Program-made: the position numbers and the translations under genes
The notes under the pieces: model-generated
Databases searched by the model: none
Seen by the model: the letters and a program-made list of their open reading frames with translations, nothing else
What the model was told of the DNA's origin: nothing
In this document: positions 15,101 to 29,400 of the stretch, one piece after another
Numbering within the stretch: position 1 is the first letter of the stretch
Layout of the letters: every line of letters begins with the position of its first letter
Assembly: GCF_016432865.1 (NCBI RefSeq)
Contig: NC_067398.1
Coordinates: 137,702,001 to 137,766,000 of the forward strand
Source of the DNA: Antechinus flavipes
Taxonomy: Eukaryota
Direction of reading: 5' to 3'
DNA: 64,000 bases

Positions 15101-18100
15101 TGTTAAGTGTGGGTCCATGCCTAATTTCTGCCATATTAATTTCCAGTTATCCCAGCAGTTTTTATCAAATAATGAATTCTTATCCCAAAAGTTAGGATCT
15201 TTGGGTTTGTCAAACACTAGATCGCTATAGTTGACTATTCTGTCTTGTGAACCTAACCTTTTCCATTGATCAACTAATCTATTTCTTAGCCAATACCAAA
15301 TGGTTTTGGTGACTGCTGCTTTATAATATAATTTTAGATCAGGTACAGCTAGGCCACCTTCATTTGATTTTTTTTTCATTAATTCCCTTGAGATTCTCGA
15401 CTTTTTATTGTTCCATATGAATTTTGTTGTTATTTTTTCTAGATCATTAAAATATTTTCTTGGAAGTCTGATTGGCATAGCACTAAATAAATAGATTAGT
15501 TTAGGGAGTATTGTCATCTTTATTATATTCGCTTGGCCTATCCAAGAGCACTAAATATTTTTCCAATAATTTAAGCCTGACTTTATTTGTGTGGAAACTT
15601 TTTTATAATTTTGCACATATAATTCCTGACTTTCCTTTGGTAGATAGATTCCCAAATATTTTATATCAACAGTTATTCTGAATGGAATTTCTCTTTGTAT
15701 CTCTTGCTGTTGGATTTTGTTGGTGATGTATAAAAATGCTGAGGATTTATGGGGATTTATTTTGTATCCTGCTACTTTGCTAAAATTATGAATTATTTCT
15801 AATAGGTTTTTAGTAGAATCTCTGGGGTTCTCTAGGTATACCATCATATCATCTGCAAAGAGTGATAGTTTGGTTTCCTCATTGCCTACTCTAATTCCTT
15901 TAATCTCTTTCTCGACTCTTATTACAGAGGCTAGTGTTTCTAATACAATATTGAATAATAATGGTGATAGTGAGCAACCTTGCTTCACTCCAGATCTTAC
16001 TGGGAAAGGTTCCAGTTTTTCCCCATTGCATATGATACTTACTGAAGGTTTTAAATATATGCTCCTGACTATTTTAAGGAAAAGTCCATTTATTCCTATG
16101 CTCTCAAGTGTTTTTATTAGGAATGGATGTTGGATTTTATCAAATGCTTTTTCTGCATCTATTGAGATGATCATATGGTTTTTGTTTGTTTAGTTATTGA
16201 TATAGTCAATTATGCTAATAGTTTTCCTAATATTGAACCAGCCCTGCATTCCTGGTATAAATCCTACTTGTCATAGTGTATTATCCTGGGGATGATTTTC
16301 TGTAATCTTTTTGCTAATATTTTATTTAAGATTTTAGCATCAATATTCATTAGGGAGATTGGTCTATAATTTTTTTTCTCTATTTTCAACCTACCTGGTT
16401 TAGGTATCAGTACCATGTCTGTGTCATAAAAGGAGTTTGGTAGGACTCCTTCAACCCCTATTTTTTCAAATAGTTTATTTAGCATTGGAGTTAATTGTTC
16501 TTTAAATGTTTGGTAGAATTCACATGTAAATCCATCTGGTAGTGGGGATTTTTTCTTAGGGAGTTGGTTGATAGTTTGTTCTATTTCTTTTTCTGAAATG
16601 GGACTGTTTAAGATATTTACTTCTTCCTCTGTTAGTTTGGGCAAGCTATATTTTTGGAAGTATTCTTCTATTTCATTTAAATTGTCGAATTTATTGGCAT
16701 AAAGTTGGGCAAAGTAACTCCTAATTATTGCTCTAATTTCCTCTTCGTTAGTGGCAAGTTCTCTCTTTTCATTTTTAAGACTAACAATTTGATTTTCCTC
16801 TTTCCTTTTTTTAATCAGATTTACTAAGGGTTTGTCTATTTTGTTGGTTTTTTCATAGAACCAACTCTTAGTTTTATTAATTAATTCAATAGTTTTTTTA
16901 CTTTCAATTTTATTGATTTCTCCTTTTATTTTTAGAATTTCAAGTTTAGTGTTTGACTGTTTTTAATTTGTTTCTTTTCTAGCATTTTTAGTTGCAAGCC
17001 CAATTCATTGACCTTCTCTTTCTCTATTTTATGCAAATAGGCCTCTAGAGATATGAAATTTCCCCTTATTACCGCTTTGGCTGCATCCCACACATTTTGG
17101 TATGATGTCTCATTATTATCGTTTTCTTGGGTGAAGTTATTAATTATGTATATGATTTGCTGTTTCACCCAATCTTTCTTTAGTATGAGATTATTTGGTT
17201 TCCAATTATTTTTTGGTCTACTTTCCCCTGGCTTTTTGTTGAATGTAATTTTCATTGCATCGTGGTCTGAAAAGGATACATTTACTATTTCTGCCTTACT
17301 GCATTTGAGTTTGAGGTTTTTATGTCCTAATATATGGTCAGTTTTTGTATAGGTTCCATGAACTGCTGAAAAGAAAGTATACTTCTTTCTGTCTCCAAGA
17401 TATAGTCTTTAAAATGTTGTCAGCATCAAGTTCTGATCAAAAGGCCCTTCCCTCCCAAAGGCAAAACCCACAGGACAGTGGCTTCCGATTCTCTACCTTC
17501 TGCACAGGATGAGCAACGTAATAAACACAGGGGTCCTGTGGTAGAGTGGCTAAAGACACAGCTAAGATGATACCACAAATGAGACCCTGAAAGGTGTAGC
17601 AAGAAACTACCTTACCACATGTAAGAAGCCATCTCTGTCAGCCTGAGAAATGTGTAGTCATGTACCGAATACCGTGGGACAGCCAGAAACCTACTGTTCT
17701 GTTCATGGACCATTACCGAGAAGACCAAAGGAAATTAATTATCAGCATTCCTAGAAGCCTTCTCTGCTCTCAGTCAAATCCACTACAAATCATGCAAATT
17801 CCTTTTGTTAAACTGGAACACTCAAACTTAGTCCAGGTTTCTAAAGAGTGGGACTGAGTGATTAGAATCAGGGTTCTTAACTCTCTCTGTGTATATATGT
17901 GTCATAAATCCTTTTGACAGACTGGTGAAACCTAAGGACTCTTCAAAATAATATTTCTAAATAATTGAAGTTATGGTAACTTAGATTAGGTTAGAGGTCA
18001 GTGAAAATAAAGCTGTGATTTTTCCCATCCAAGTGCAAGAACCCCAAGAAACTTAGGGGTGTAATCCCCAGGTTAAGAACTCCTGTATTAAAACCATGGA

Positions 18101-21100
18101 AGAGAATTCCAGCAAGATTTTTTTTTACTTATTTGGAAGCAAAGAAACCATCTTTTTTTTTCCCAAAAATGTTGGCTTTTTGCTGTGTAGATTGCAGACT
18201 CTGAAGCCAAGGGACCAGGGTAGGGTTAATAGGATCTTTATGAGGTAATCAAATGTGGGCCGCAGCTGCAGACTTAGATATCCTCAGGCCAGATGTATCT
18301 TTGTGCCAAAAATCCCCTAAAATATCAAAATGCAGACACAGGATAGGGCCCTCCTTGCCTCAACCTGCTACATAATTTTTGGACCAAAATCAAGTATTTA
18401 AAATCTTACTAAAACACAAACTTGTTGCTGGTCACATCAAAAGAGAAGGTAGAGGAGACATTTTCTCTCTTCTTTTCACCCACTCATTTCCCCAAAGTCC
18501 AGTATGTTTGTTCTTAACCATAGAGTCATGCTAAAAGCAGAGATCTCAAAAGTCCAGCCCTGGCTTTCCCCATTTTCCTGACTTTACATTTATACATCCA
18601 TCCAAAAGAATATATAGAATGTCTGAAGCTTATGTCTCCATTCTCATGTATAGATGGTTATCCTTCTTGTTCCCATCTGGTATCTGGAAAAACTGAGGAA
18701 GGGAGAATGAATGATTGCATAAAAGTCTCTAGAAGAAGGCCACAGAGTAGAATTACAATTTAGAATTCAGAGCTTTTGACTTCAATCAATTCTGAGCATA
18801 TTTAATGGTGACCCTTCCAAAACAACCTAGACACTTATTCCAGAAGGAAATCTATCTGGCATCTTTCCTAGACATTCAGGAAAGGAATAGCTAGTTCTCC
18901 CAATGTGTTTCCATCCAAAGACAAGGTTGCTCACTGACCATCTCTCCCAGACATGAGTCCCTTCTATGAAATCTCTGGTGGAACCTCATGTGGTGTGAAG
19001 GACCAATCTGACATGGCTATAGCTTCCAGATTTCCCAACTGCAAGTAAGCTCTGGGCTCAAAAGACAAACTAAAAGTCACAAGGATGCTCCAGAGGTCTC
19101 AAGGCTCAGCCCCTGGGAAGCAGCAATGCTGCCTTTCTGTGAGTAATCTCTAGGGCAGAACTCTGAGAAGTTGCTGAGACTTAGCTACTCTGTCAGTTGA
19201 GAGATCATTACTAGAATGCAATAGAATTACTAGAATGACCTCTGGGTCTTGTGAAAAAAAGTGCTTTTTTCTTTTCCTATAGTTTTAACTACTAACAACT
19301 AGCCCTAGATCTGAAAAAAGTCTTAGACTTCTTTATTTTACAGCTAAAGAGAGAGACTGACTTCCACTGAAATTTTGCATAAGGCTTAAAGTTTCTAATT
19401 ATGACTCAGCCCCTTTGTCATCCTTATGCCATATCAAGCATGTTTAGGGAGAGCCCCCCTGCTCCATGCATCTGCACTCGCAAAACCTTATTCTCTTGTA
19501 CACTTAAGAAAGATATTTTAGACCTCAGAAATTCTGGAAGATAGTTATCAGTAGAGAATAAGAAATTTCAGAACAAAGTAGTTGATAGGTGGATCAGTGA
19601 TCCAGATATTAAGAAAGTTCCTGGCTATGTATTTGTATGTTTATGTATATGATGATAACATATAGTACATTATTCATTCATGTAACAAAAATTCACTAAA
19701 CATCTATTCTGTACTAAGTTAATTGCTATGAATATGAAAATAAAACTTTTTTCTCAAAAAAAAAAAAGAGAATGCAATTTTCTGTGTTCATGGTACCTTC
19801 ACTTCAATAGATTCCTCTCCTCTAGACGTACTAGTCAGGAGTGAGGATAATGTTAAGTAAAAAAGACAAAAGAAAAAGAAAAACGAAGGAAAAAGGACTA
19901 AGATTACAGATCTGGATCTAGAAGGAACTTGAAATTATCCAGTCCATTATGAGGAAACTGAGATATTGCATTTAGGTCCTCTGACTTTCCATTTTTTCCT
20001 CAAAAGAAAAGAATTCCCACAATTTGACAGAAAGAAGCTTCTTTAGGTCTTCCCCGCATTTTTCTTTTGTTTTTTGCATTTTTACATCTCTTTCCAATAC
20101 ATACCTTTCCAAAAGCAGTTGGGTCTCTCACAGGTCTGCATCTCCCCACTGATGTTCCAGAGCCCCTTTGGGCAGGAAAGCAACAGGGTGGAACACTTCT
20201 AAAAGTAAACAGAAGCAAAGGAAGGCTAGACAAGTTTCAAACTGAATAAAAAGTAAGGGCTACTATGGTTATCTCTCTAAAAAAAATTCAAATTCAGATA
20301 GGAAAAACTGCCTTTGATTTAGAAGCCGACACAGCTTCATAGGCAAATATCATGTTGAAAATCAATCAATAAGCATTTATGAAGCATTTATGAAATGCCA
20401 GGCACTGGGCAAAACTCCAAGGATACAAAGAAGGGCAAAAGATAATGCCTGACCTCAAGGAGGTTGCAATCTAACGGAGTAGCAGATTGACAATAAACTG
20501 CGGGCAGAACAAGTTTTGGACGGGATAAATGAGAGGTTATCCAGGGAGGGAAGGTACTAACTAGCATGAAAAGGCTTCTTTCAGGAGGTGGGGCTTTTAC
20601 TGAGATGTTAAGGAGCCTGGAGCCTGGAGAACATTGAGGAGAGAGAACATTCTTAGAGTAAGAATGCAGAGGCTGGAGGAGCCAGGAGACCCGGAATAGC
20701 AAAGAGAAATCACTGGATTTCAGAGGAAGCAGTGAGGAAGACAGAGACTTAGATATAAGATTGGATAGATAGGAAGGGGTAGGTTACTAAGGGGGTGTAA
20801 AAGCCAAACAAAAGGTTTTGTTTTTAATTTGATCCTAGAAGTAATAAAGAGTCATTGGAGTTTATTGAATTTGTACTTTTGAAAGATGATTTTGAAAGCC
20901 CAGTGGAAAATGGACTGAGGCAGGGAAAGGCTGGAAGCAGGGAGACCAACCAGCAGTCTCTAGCGTTTTGTTGTTGCTCTTCAGTCACTTCAGTCACATC
21001 CAAGTCTCTGTATTCCCATTTGAGTAGCCATTTCCTTCTCCAGATCATTTTACAGATGAGGAAACTGAGGCAAACAGAGTTAAGGGATTTGTTCAGAGTC

Positions 21101-23359
21101 TCACAGCCAGTATGCCTCTGAGGCTGATGCGAACTCAGGCTCTAACAGTCCAAGCACAAAGTGATGAGAGACCTGCTCCAAAGTGGTGAATATCATATTT
21201 CAACTCCTGTAGCACTGGGGAAGCTCATTTTCTGCACAAGGACCAGGATTAGAAATACAAAGGGTATAAGGAAACATGTTCTGCTCTCAGAGCTCAACAT
21301 GTAATCAAACAAGTACAGTTAAAGTAATTTAAAGAAAGTTTATATCTGTGTAATGAATCGCCCGTGATGGTACCTGAAAAGTGCCCGGAGGCAAGCATTC
21401 CAGGAGGCAGAAGGGAGAATGGGAGGGGTATTCTAGACATGTGTGAGACCATGGAGTTGGATGGCTTTGTCTGCTCCATCTCTATTCTAGCCTCACTGGC
21501 CTGCTAGACCTTTCTTGGCTCCTTGTATCAGGTCTTAACAAACTGCTCAAGTGAGCTGGTTTGCGCTGGATCCAGCCAATCCAAGCTATCATAAGACATG
21601 ATGCCAGGAGCCAAGAAAGGTCCAGCAGGCCAGTGGGACTAGAATAGAGATGGAGCAGAGCAAAGCCATCCAAGGACCACGGGCCACTTATGGGCCTCAA
21701 TGCTGAGGTGACCAGGCTTTGGGTTGATTGAAAGTTCTTAGGTCCTGGTGAAGAAACTTCAATTTTTTTCTTCATTTCTCCCTCTTTTACTTTAACTTTA
21801 CCTCCCCCTCTTTTCTTTACATCTCCCTCTTTTCCTTCACCTCTCTCTCTTTTCTTTCACCTTCCCCTCTTTTCTTTTACCTCTTTCTCTTTTCCTTCAC
21901 CTCCCCCTCTTTTCCCTCACCTCTCCCTTTTTTCCTTCACTTCTTCCTCTTTTCCCTCACCTCCTCTTTTCCTTCACCTCTCCCTCTTTTCCTTCACCTC
22001 TCTCTCTTTTCCTTTACCTCTCCAGCACACACATCATAGAACTAGAAATGTACTGGATCCAGCTCAAACCAGCTCACTTGAGCAGTTTGTTAAATTTTTA
22101 ATGTGAGTATTTACACCTCAGAAATCAGCAAAGGCTACAAATGAAGGCTTGCTTTGTTGTTCTGTTGATTGTTTCAGTTTAAAAAAGTGATGAAGAAAAT
22201 ATTAATAATGCAGATTCAGTTGAAAAGTGTGTCCTGCGTGCTTTTGGGGGGATGGGAAGGGAAGCTTGTTGTTAAACATTTAAAAGCATACCATTGCATG
22301 GAACTAGCTGTTAGGACCCCTATTACATATTACATATGAAGAAAAGACTGGAATAGTAGATGGAAGGTTCTTAATTGCCAAAGAAATCCTTTTTATTTCT
22401 GAGAGTCTATGAATGGGGAATGAGGCTTGTAAAATTATTTTCAGGGGTAAGAGACCTGAACCAAACTTAATTTTTAATGTAGCTAGATATTTTGGGACAA
22501 CTAGGTGGTTGAGCTTGAAGTGAAGAAGGCCTGAGTTCAAATACTGTCTCATACATTTACTACTGACATTAGAGAAGTCACTTAATCTCAGTTTGCTTTA
22601 ATCCACTGTAGAAGGAACTAGCAAACCATTCCAGCAAGAAAACCCTTGGGTAGTATGGGCTATCAGGTCACAGAAAATCAGATATGATTGAATGGACTGA
22701 AAAACAAATTTTTGTCTCCCTGGTAATAGTGGGATATACAGACATTTTTGTACTTTTCACTTCTGGTCTGCTAGTGTCTTTTCTGACCCTGAAACCACTT
22801 CTTTTTAGTTGCTTACATCAGAGAAGACCTGGGGCAGAAAGATGCTTTGTGATGTCCATCATGCTGAATCTCTATGTTATTTACTGGGCTGTGTCGTGGC
22901 AAACATTCATGTATGCTTTTTCTTGGGCATTCAAAGTTTTCCCAATGTATCTATAAATCCCTAAGGTTCATGAAGATAACTCTTGGCCAGCTGTTCAGGG
23001 TTGCTCTAACCAGCTATTTATTTCACAATCCTGTTTCTTCTGACTCCCGTGAGAACCACAAAAGTGTCTAAACTACTGCGGAATAAAATGCATTTCTTCC
23101 TTCTACATCCCTCCTAGACATTTTATTCATGGCTTAAATGAATCCATTTAAGAGAGCAATTTGGCAGAGAGCTAATCAGATTGCTAGAATTTTCAGACTC
23201 CAAAGTAAGTACAGACTCTTATGTGGAAAATCTAGTAGGAGACACCAGGAAACAACCTTTTAGGACCAGAGAAAGACCACACACGTGTTCACAAAAATCT
23301 AGAAGAGACATTTTTCTGGATCTTTATCATTCCTTCCTGCTCCACATGTCCAAGTTCAG

Positions 23360-23407
<48 letters not shown>

Positions 23408-26400
23408 ATACAGTTTAGCACAAACTCCATCAGCAACTTCACGTCCTTTTATCCAGTAGAACGGAAGTTTCCTGGGACGAGATTGTTTTTAACTTGCATC
23501 CCATGCTTTGCTCATAGTAGGCATTTAATGCCTTTTGAATGGAGCTAGCCCGCAGAGGCTCCATCAATGGTGTTGGAAGAAGAGCAGAGGGGGATGAGTA
23601 AGGGCTGTTAGTGCTATGGTACCAAGAAGCACCCACACCCCACCAATGTTGGAGCCCAACCATTATTTCCTTTGTTGTTACCATTATCTTTGTTCTCTTA
23701 TAGTGGAGTTAATGAGGAAGCCCAGAGCAGTGGAGCTGTCAATGGTCTATTCTTTTGCAGAAAATATGACTAAGAATATTAAGATAAGCCAGCAGTGCCC
23801 CCTTAGGCAGCATGGTGTAATGCAAGCATTGAACTGAGTGTTAGAAAAGCTGGCAAATAAATATTCATTAAGCACCCATGTCCCAGGCATTGGGGAAGCA
23901 AAGATTTCTTTTTAAATCTTCCACTGGGTTATAGAGGTGGGGATACAACTTTTACACAGATAATTATAATACAAAACCAGAGATGGTAAAAATCTAAATA
24001 ACAAACTATTAAGAATTTTGAAAAGGAAGAATGCTTTCAGACAGGGGAACCACAAATGGTGAGCCTTGGGGAAAGAGAAATTTGAAAGGCAAAAAGAGAC
24101 ATGAAGGAGTACCTCCTAAGTACCTGCTTAGTCATAGCTCCATCACTCACAAATTTATGTGAGCTTCCACCTCAGTTTCTTCATCTCCAAAGTAAGGACA
24201 TTGCACTAAATTATCTTTTGAGGTTCCTTCCATTACTAAACATCCTATGTTATTTTGATCACCAAAAAAATAAAAATAAAAAAAAAACCCAAAACCTGAG
24301 ATGGATGAAACTTGCAACATAGGAATTGATTTAGGATACTGATATTTTCTTGAGTGATTTCAAACTATTCACATCTATTTTCAGATGATTTCATTCATTC
24401 ATTCAGATGATTTACAAGAATGCTTATCCTAAAGTAAGAATGGAACGTACCTCTAAATTTCTAATTTCAGGCTTTTGTCTAACTTTAAAATTATCATTTA
24501 CCCTACTTAGTCTCTGTTTTGAAAATGAAACATCAAGGGTGGTCATTTTATTCACATTAAGATTATGATCAAGTTTTGATGCTTCGATGCAATGTATTAA
24601 CAGCTCCCTGTAAGAGGTCCCCAAAGTGTCAAGTCTGGTGGCAAGAACTGAATGAGACTATATCCTGCCCACAGCACGTCTTATTTTCATTATTTATACC
24701 TCACATTTGTAAAATGCTTTGAAAGTAGCAATCACAATTCTCAGAAATTGGAGCCAATCCTCTGTAGTGTGCACATCACAGAACTTAGACACATCTCCAT
24801 TAATTCCCCAAGATCAAATAGCAGCATCTATTTCTTCTTCCCTCCTCCCAGGGCCTTAATCCAATGAGCCTCAATATCCACAGGGCTACCTGTCTTTTCA
24901 AGTCAACATTCTTCTGCCAGTTTCTTTGCTCGATGGTTGGCACTTCCCAGAACCTTGAAGCAGCAGCCTTTCTTCCCAAGTGTGCTACCCCACAGGTCTT
25001 CCAAGATTGATCACTGGGGGATCCTGAAAACAAGATTTGATTTTTATTGGCAAACCAGAAAAGTGAGGGGGGCAAGAGCTCCAAAAACCTACCCAGGGCA
25101 GCCATCTAACAATGAAAAAAGTAAAGAGAGAAGTTCTAAACCAGGGGAACATGGGCCTGTTTTTTAAAAATATTTTGTTAGCTGCATTTCAGTGTAATTA
25201 AGAGGGGGAACATGGCTTTACCATATTGTGAAAGGTATCTAGGACATTAAAAAAAGAGTAAAGAATTCTTAACTCTAATACATTGACTAGCTTTCCTATT
25301 GGGGGATTTATGGAAAGATAGATTAGGGATAATTCAGAATATGGATGAGCTATAATCTACCTAGATGGAGAATATGTCCATCCTGAGGAGGTCAGTAATC
25401 ATTCAAATCTAGAATAATATATATGAAATAATGCTTTCCAAGTTAGAGTAGTATATAAATCAAGTGTTTTAAATGCAGTTATTGTTTATTTTCTTTTTTC
25501 TTTCAAAATTGGTAAAATATTATTTCTCTTCCTAAATATTTCATTACACTCAAAGAATTATACAACTCTAAATCCTGACTTGTTATCAAATCTAATAAAA
25601 ATGTTCCTTAAATGCCTATAAACACAAGAAGTATGAATAAGCTTATCATTGGGCCTTAACCTCCATTATTACATGGGATTTGTTTATATTATATTATCAC
25701 TGGGATTCTGGAATCTCTGGGGTCACTTGACATTTTTTCCAAATTCATAATAGCTGTTTGGCAGTAATTACTTATGCAAATCATAACCCAAGTTCCCATT
25801 TCATATTATATCCTCTACTAAGAGACCATCTGATAGTCTTACTCTTAAGGATTGAGGAGCTCCAGGGAGAAAAAAACCTGCAACCCCTCAAAGCAGTTCA
25901 TTCTGCAATTGGATAGCTCAGATTGTTGGGAAGTTTTTCTGACATCAAACCTAAAGATGCCTCATTGTCTTCCCACTCCTACTCTACTCTCCCTTATCCT
26001 GTGTTAAACTTAATAGCTACTTGCTTTAGCCCATCTTCATTTATCATGCAGTCATTCTGGTTGTCCTCCTCTGGATACTTTCCTATTTATCATTATCTTT
26101 GTTAAGTCATGGTTCTCAAAACTGAATATAGTACTTAAGATGAAGTTTGATGAGGATAGAATATTGTTCCCCTACATATTCCTGGAAGCTACAATACAGT
26201 GGCTAGGTATATAGTAAAACTATTGCTCAATCCTTTATGTCTGTATCCTTCTTTAAGGCAGCCTTCTGGGAACTTTATCCTAAGACAAATATTGTAATGG
26301 AAAATATGGACATCCTAATTTGGAATAAAACGTTTTGCAAGGGTAAATGCTGAAAACTACCTTTGCATATGTTTTGAAAATAAAAAGCTATTATTTAAAA

Positions 26401-29400
26401 ATATAAAAATGAAATAAAAATCATTATGATATGTAATTTTATTAATTTTTAAAACTTTTAATTTTTGTCTTTTAAGCTGAGATCCATAACAAACTCTGGG
26501 CAACCTTGGCTTTGACCCAGGAAGCCTACTTTCAGTAAAGGTATATTTTCTGAAAACATTGGTCTTCCACTCCTGCAGCCTCTCCTTCTCTTCCTTGCCT
26601 GGGCTAACATCCCAAGAATACCACTGTGGTCATACCCCTCTCCCGGCACCCATCTTCTTCTACAGCCATGCCATCATTACTGTAATTATCAGAACAAATT
26701 GTCCATGTCATGCTGCCAGGCCCTTGCCATGTGGGATGCCAGAGACTAGTATCTGCTGGAAGTGTGAGGATGATCTAGATTCCTAACAGCAGAGTTGTCT
26801 CTGTGTGTATCTCTGTGTATCTGTGTGTCTCTGTCTCTGCGTCTTTTCTCTGTCTCTTTCTTTTTCTCTCTCTCTTTCTCTTATTCTGCCTCTCTTCTCT
26901 CTGTCTCTATCTCTTCCTGCCCTTTTCCTTCCTCTCACTCTCTCTTTCTCTCCTTCTCCTTTTTATCTTCTTCCCTAGATTGCAATGTACATCTCCAAAA
27001 AAAATTTGTTCCTTCCCACTCTCTTGACTGGTTCTAATCTTTTTGAGGATAGGATGGTGGCCCAGGGTCCCCTAGCTAAGTACTTCCTGCTCCTGAACTA
27101 TCTTCCCTCCTGTGGGGCTCATGATAGACAGGAACAACTTGAATTCTAACTCAGTCATGGTGTATAGAACCTTCCAGTTACTTTCTTCCCTTTCCCTATC
27201 CCAAGAAATTATAAATAAACTAGAAATTACAGATACTTTATTATTCCAACATCAGTAATTTTCTTCAGCCACCTAGGACCAGCAAATTAACCTCTTATTA
27301 GAGGTTTATAATACAATAAAATAAAACTAATTTCAAAACAAATTGAAAGCATCTCTTTTAAAATAATTTATAAAATAGTAAATTATAAGAAATTAGATAT
27401 CAAACTAAGTCTAAGAGAAGTTTTCAAAACAAATTATATTCTACTTGCATACTAGGCTGAAGTTTTTATTTATTATTTTTATTGTTTATTTACTTATTTG
27501 AAATTAACTACATATTTTGTTATATAATTATATGTAATTGAATTTATATTTATAGTATATGTGATAATATATAATTATATATAAGTAATTGTTTTTTATT
27601 ATTTTTATTTTGGAAGAAAAAGAGAAATCCAGATAGGTAAAGACAAAATAAACACATCTGGGTAGAACAGAAATAGCATAAATGTGGAGGGAGAGAGACT
27701 TAAAATGTAACAAAAAAGTAAATTTAATTAAAAAAAAACAAAACATCATTAAATTTAGAGCCACAAGACATGGCTTAATAAAATTAGGAGGTCTATATAG
27801 GTCCTCTGGTTCACTATTTCCCATTTTACAGATAAGGAAATTTGGACCCATCTAAATCAAGAGCCTTATCCAAGGTCACACAAGGTCGAAAGTAACAAGA
27901 TACCCCTTCTTTTAAATAATGTTTAAATCATCCCTAATACTTTATTCTTACTAAGAATCATCGTTTCTTCCTCCTGTGTTCTCTCCAGCTCTGATCCAGA
28001 AGCATCCGTCTCATCAAGAGAATGGTCCTCCCCAAAAAGGTGAGCAGCACAATTTCCAGTGGAGACTTGCTGCCCTCTCGTGGTAATTGGGCTACTGGCA
28101 ACAGGCATTTCAGTGGTCTGTCTCTTCATGATGTTATTTTTAAAGTTAGAATATGGAGTATCAATTGGATTCAGCGCCTGTTTATTAAACAACATAACCA
28201 CAAGGAGTTGTGACCTATGATTGCCAAAAATAAGTAAAAAAATAGAATGTTTTCTAAAAGAAGGCTCAGTATGTCTGAAACAAAATAAATTAATTGGTCC
28301 TAAATGACCAGAATTCAAAAACACCTCATAGACCTAAGTTTAAATTGTATGAAGCTCAACAAGTTTTTCTTTAGCCACAATTCTCCCAAACTCTTTTACC
28401 ATACATCCTGAAAGGATTCTGTTCCCTTGCAAGGGACACAAAGTATTCAAGGAGCAACTTTTCATGGTCATTAAACCCAACATGTGTTGGGTTATTATTT
28501 TATATTTATTGAGAATACCTGTTGTACTGAAAATACATGTTCTTTACATAACAGTAGTAACAAATGATAATAAAAATGTGGAAATGTAGAAATTACTGCA
28601 TTGCCATGAACTTCTGGAAATAATAGTTTGGGTCACATAAATTAGACAGAAATTATGGCAAAGAATAGGAAAAAATAGGCAAAGAAAGGGAAAAGTAGGA
28701 GGTCCACAGATATTACACGTTGCTTTGGGACTTTTTGAATATGTTCATCAGCTATAGTGACTTTTCCCCCTTTCTAAAGAAATATTATTTGTCATATAGA
28801 TTCTATGAGAGAGGGGGGGAAATAACTACAGTAATGTAAAAAATGCCAATAAGTGGCATAGGGGATAGAATGCCATGCCTGGAGTCAGAAAGACTCCTTT
28901 TCCTGAGATCAAGCCTAGCTTACTAGTTGTGTGATCCTGGGCAAATCATTTAATCCTGTTTGCCTTAGTTTCCTCATCTGTAAAATGGGCTAGAGAAATA
29001 GCAAACCACTCCAGTATCTCTGCCAAGAAAAGCCCACATGAAAAGTCAAAAATGCCTGAAACAACTGAATAACAGTAAAAGAAAATGATATAGGATGAGG
29101 GTAAATTTTTTTGGTGTTATCAATGAATTTCATGGCAAATACCATATATCTATTGAAATAAAATCCACGTTCCATACCCTAATGCTGCTGTCACTGCCTC
29201 TATCTGTTGCCCTAAAGATGACTGAAGGGTCCAAGAGATCAATAAATAAAGACTCAAGGACTTTGAGGAGAGTTGAGGAAATTGACCCTTGTTTGCTTTT
29301 TTCTTGCTCACTGAGGAGATTATCTTCAAAGTGGAAAGGTTTTTTTTTTTTTTTTAATCAAGAAATAAATGAAATCCCAAACCATATAGGGAATAACTGG

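Noticed and set aside
14477-17352. Plus-strand ORFs over the L1
   Set aside because: Antisense shadows of L1 ORF2.
29180-29200. Minus-strand AGGCAGTGACAG seed-like match
   Set aside because: No 3' arm able to pair; chance 7-mer.
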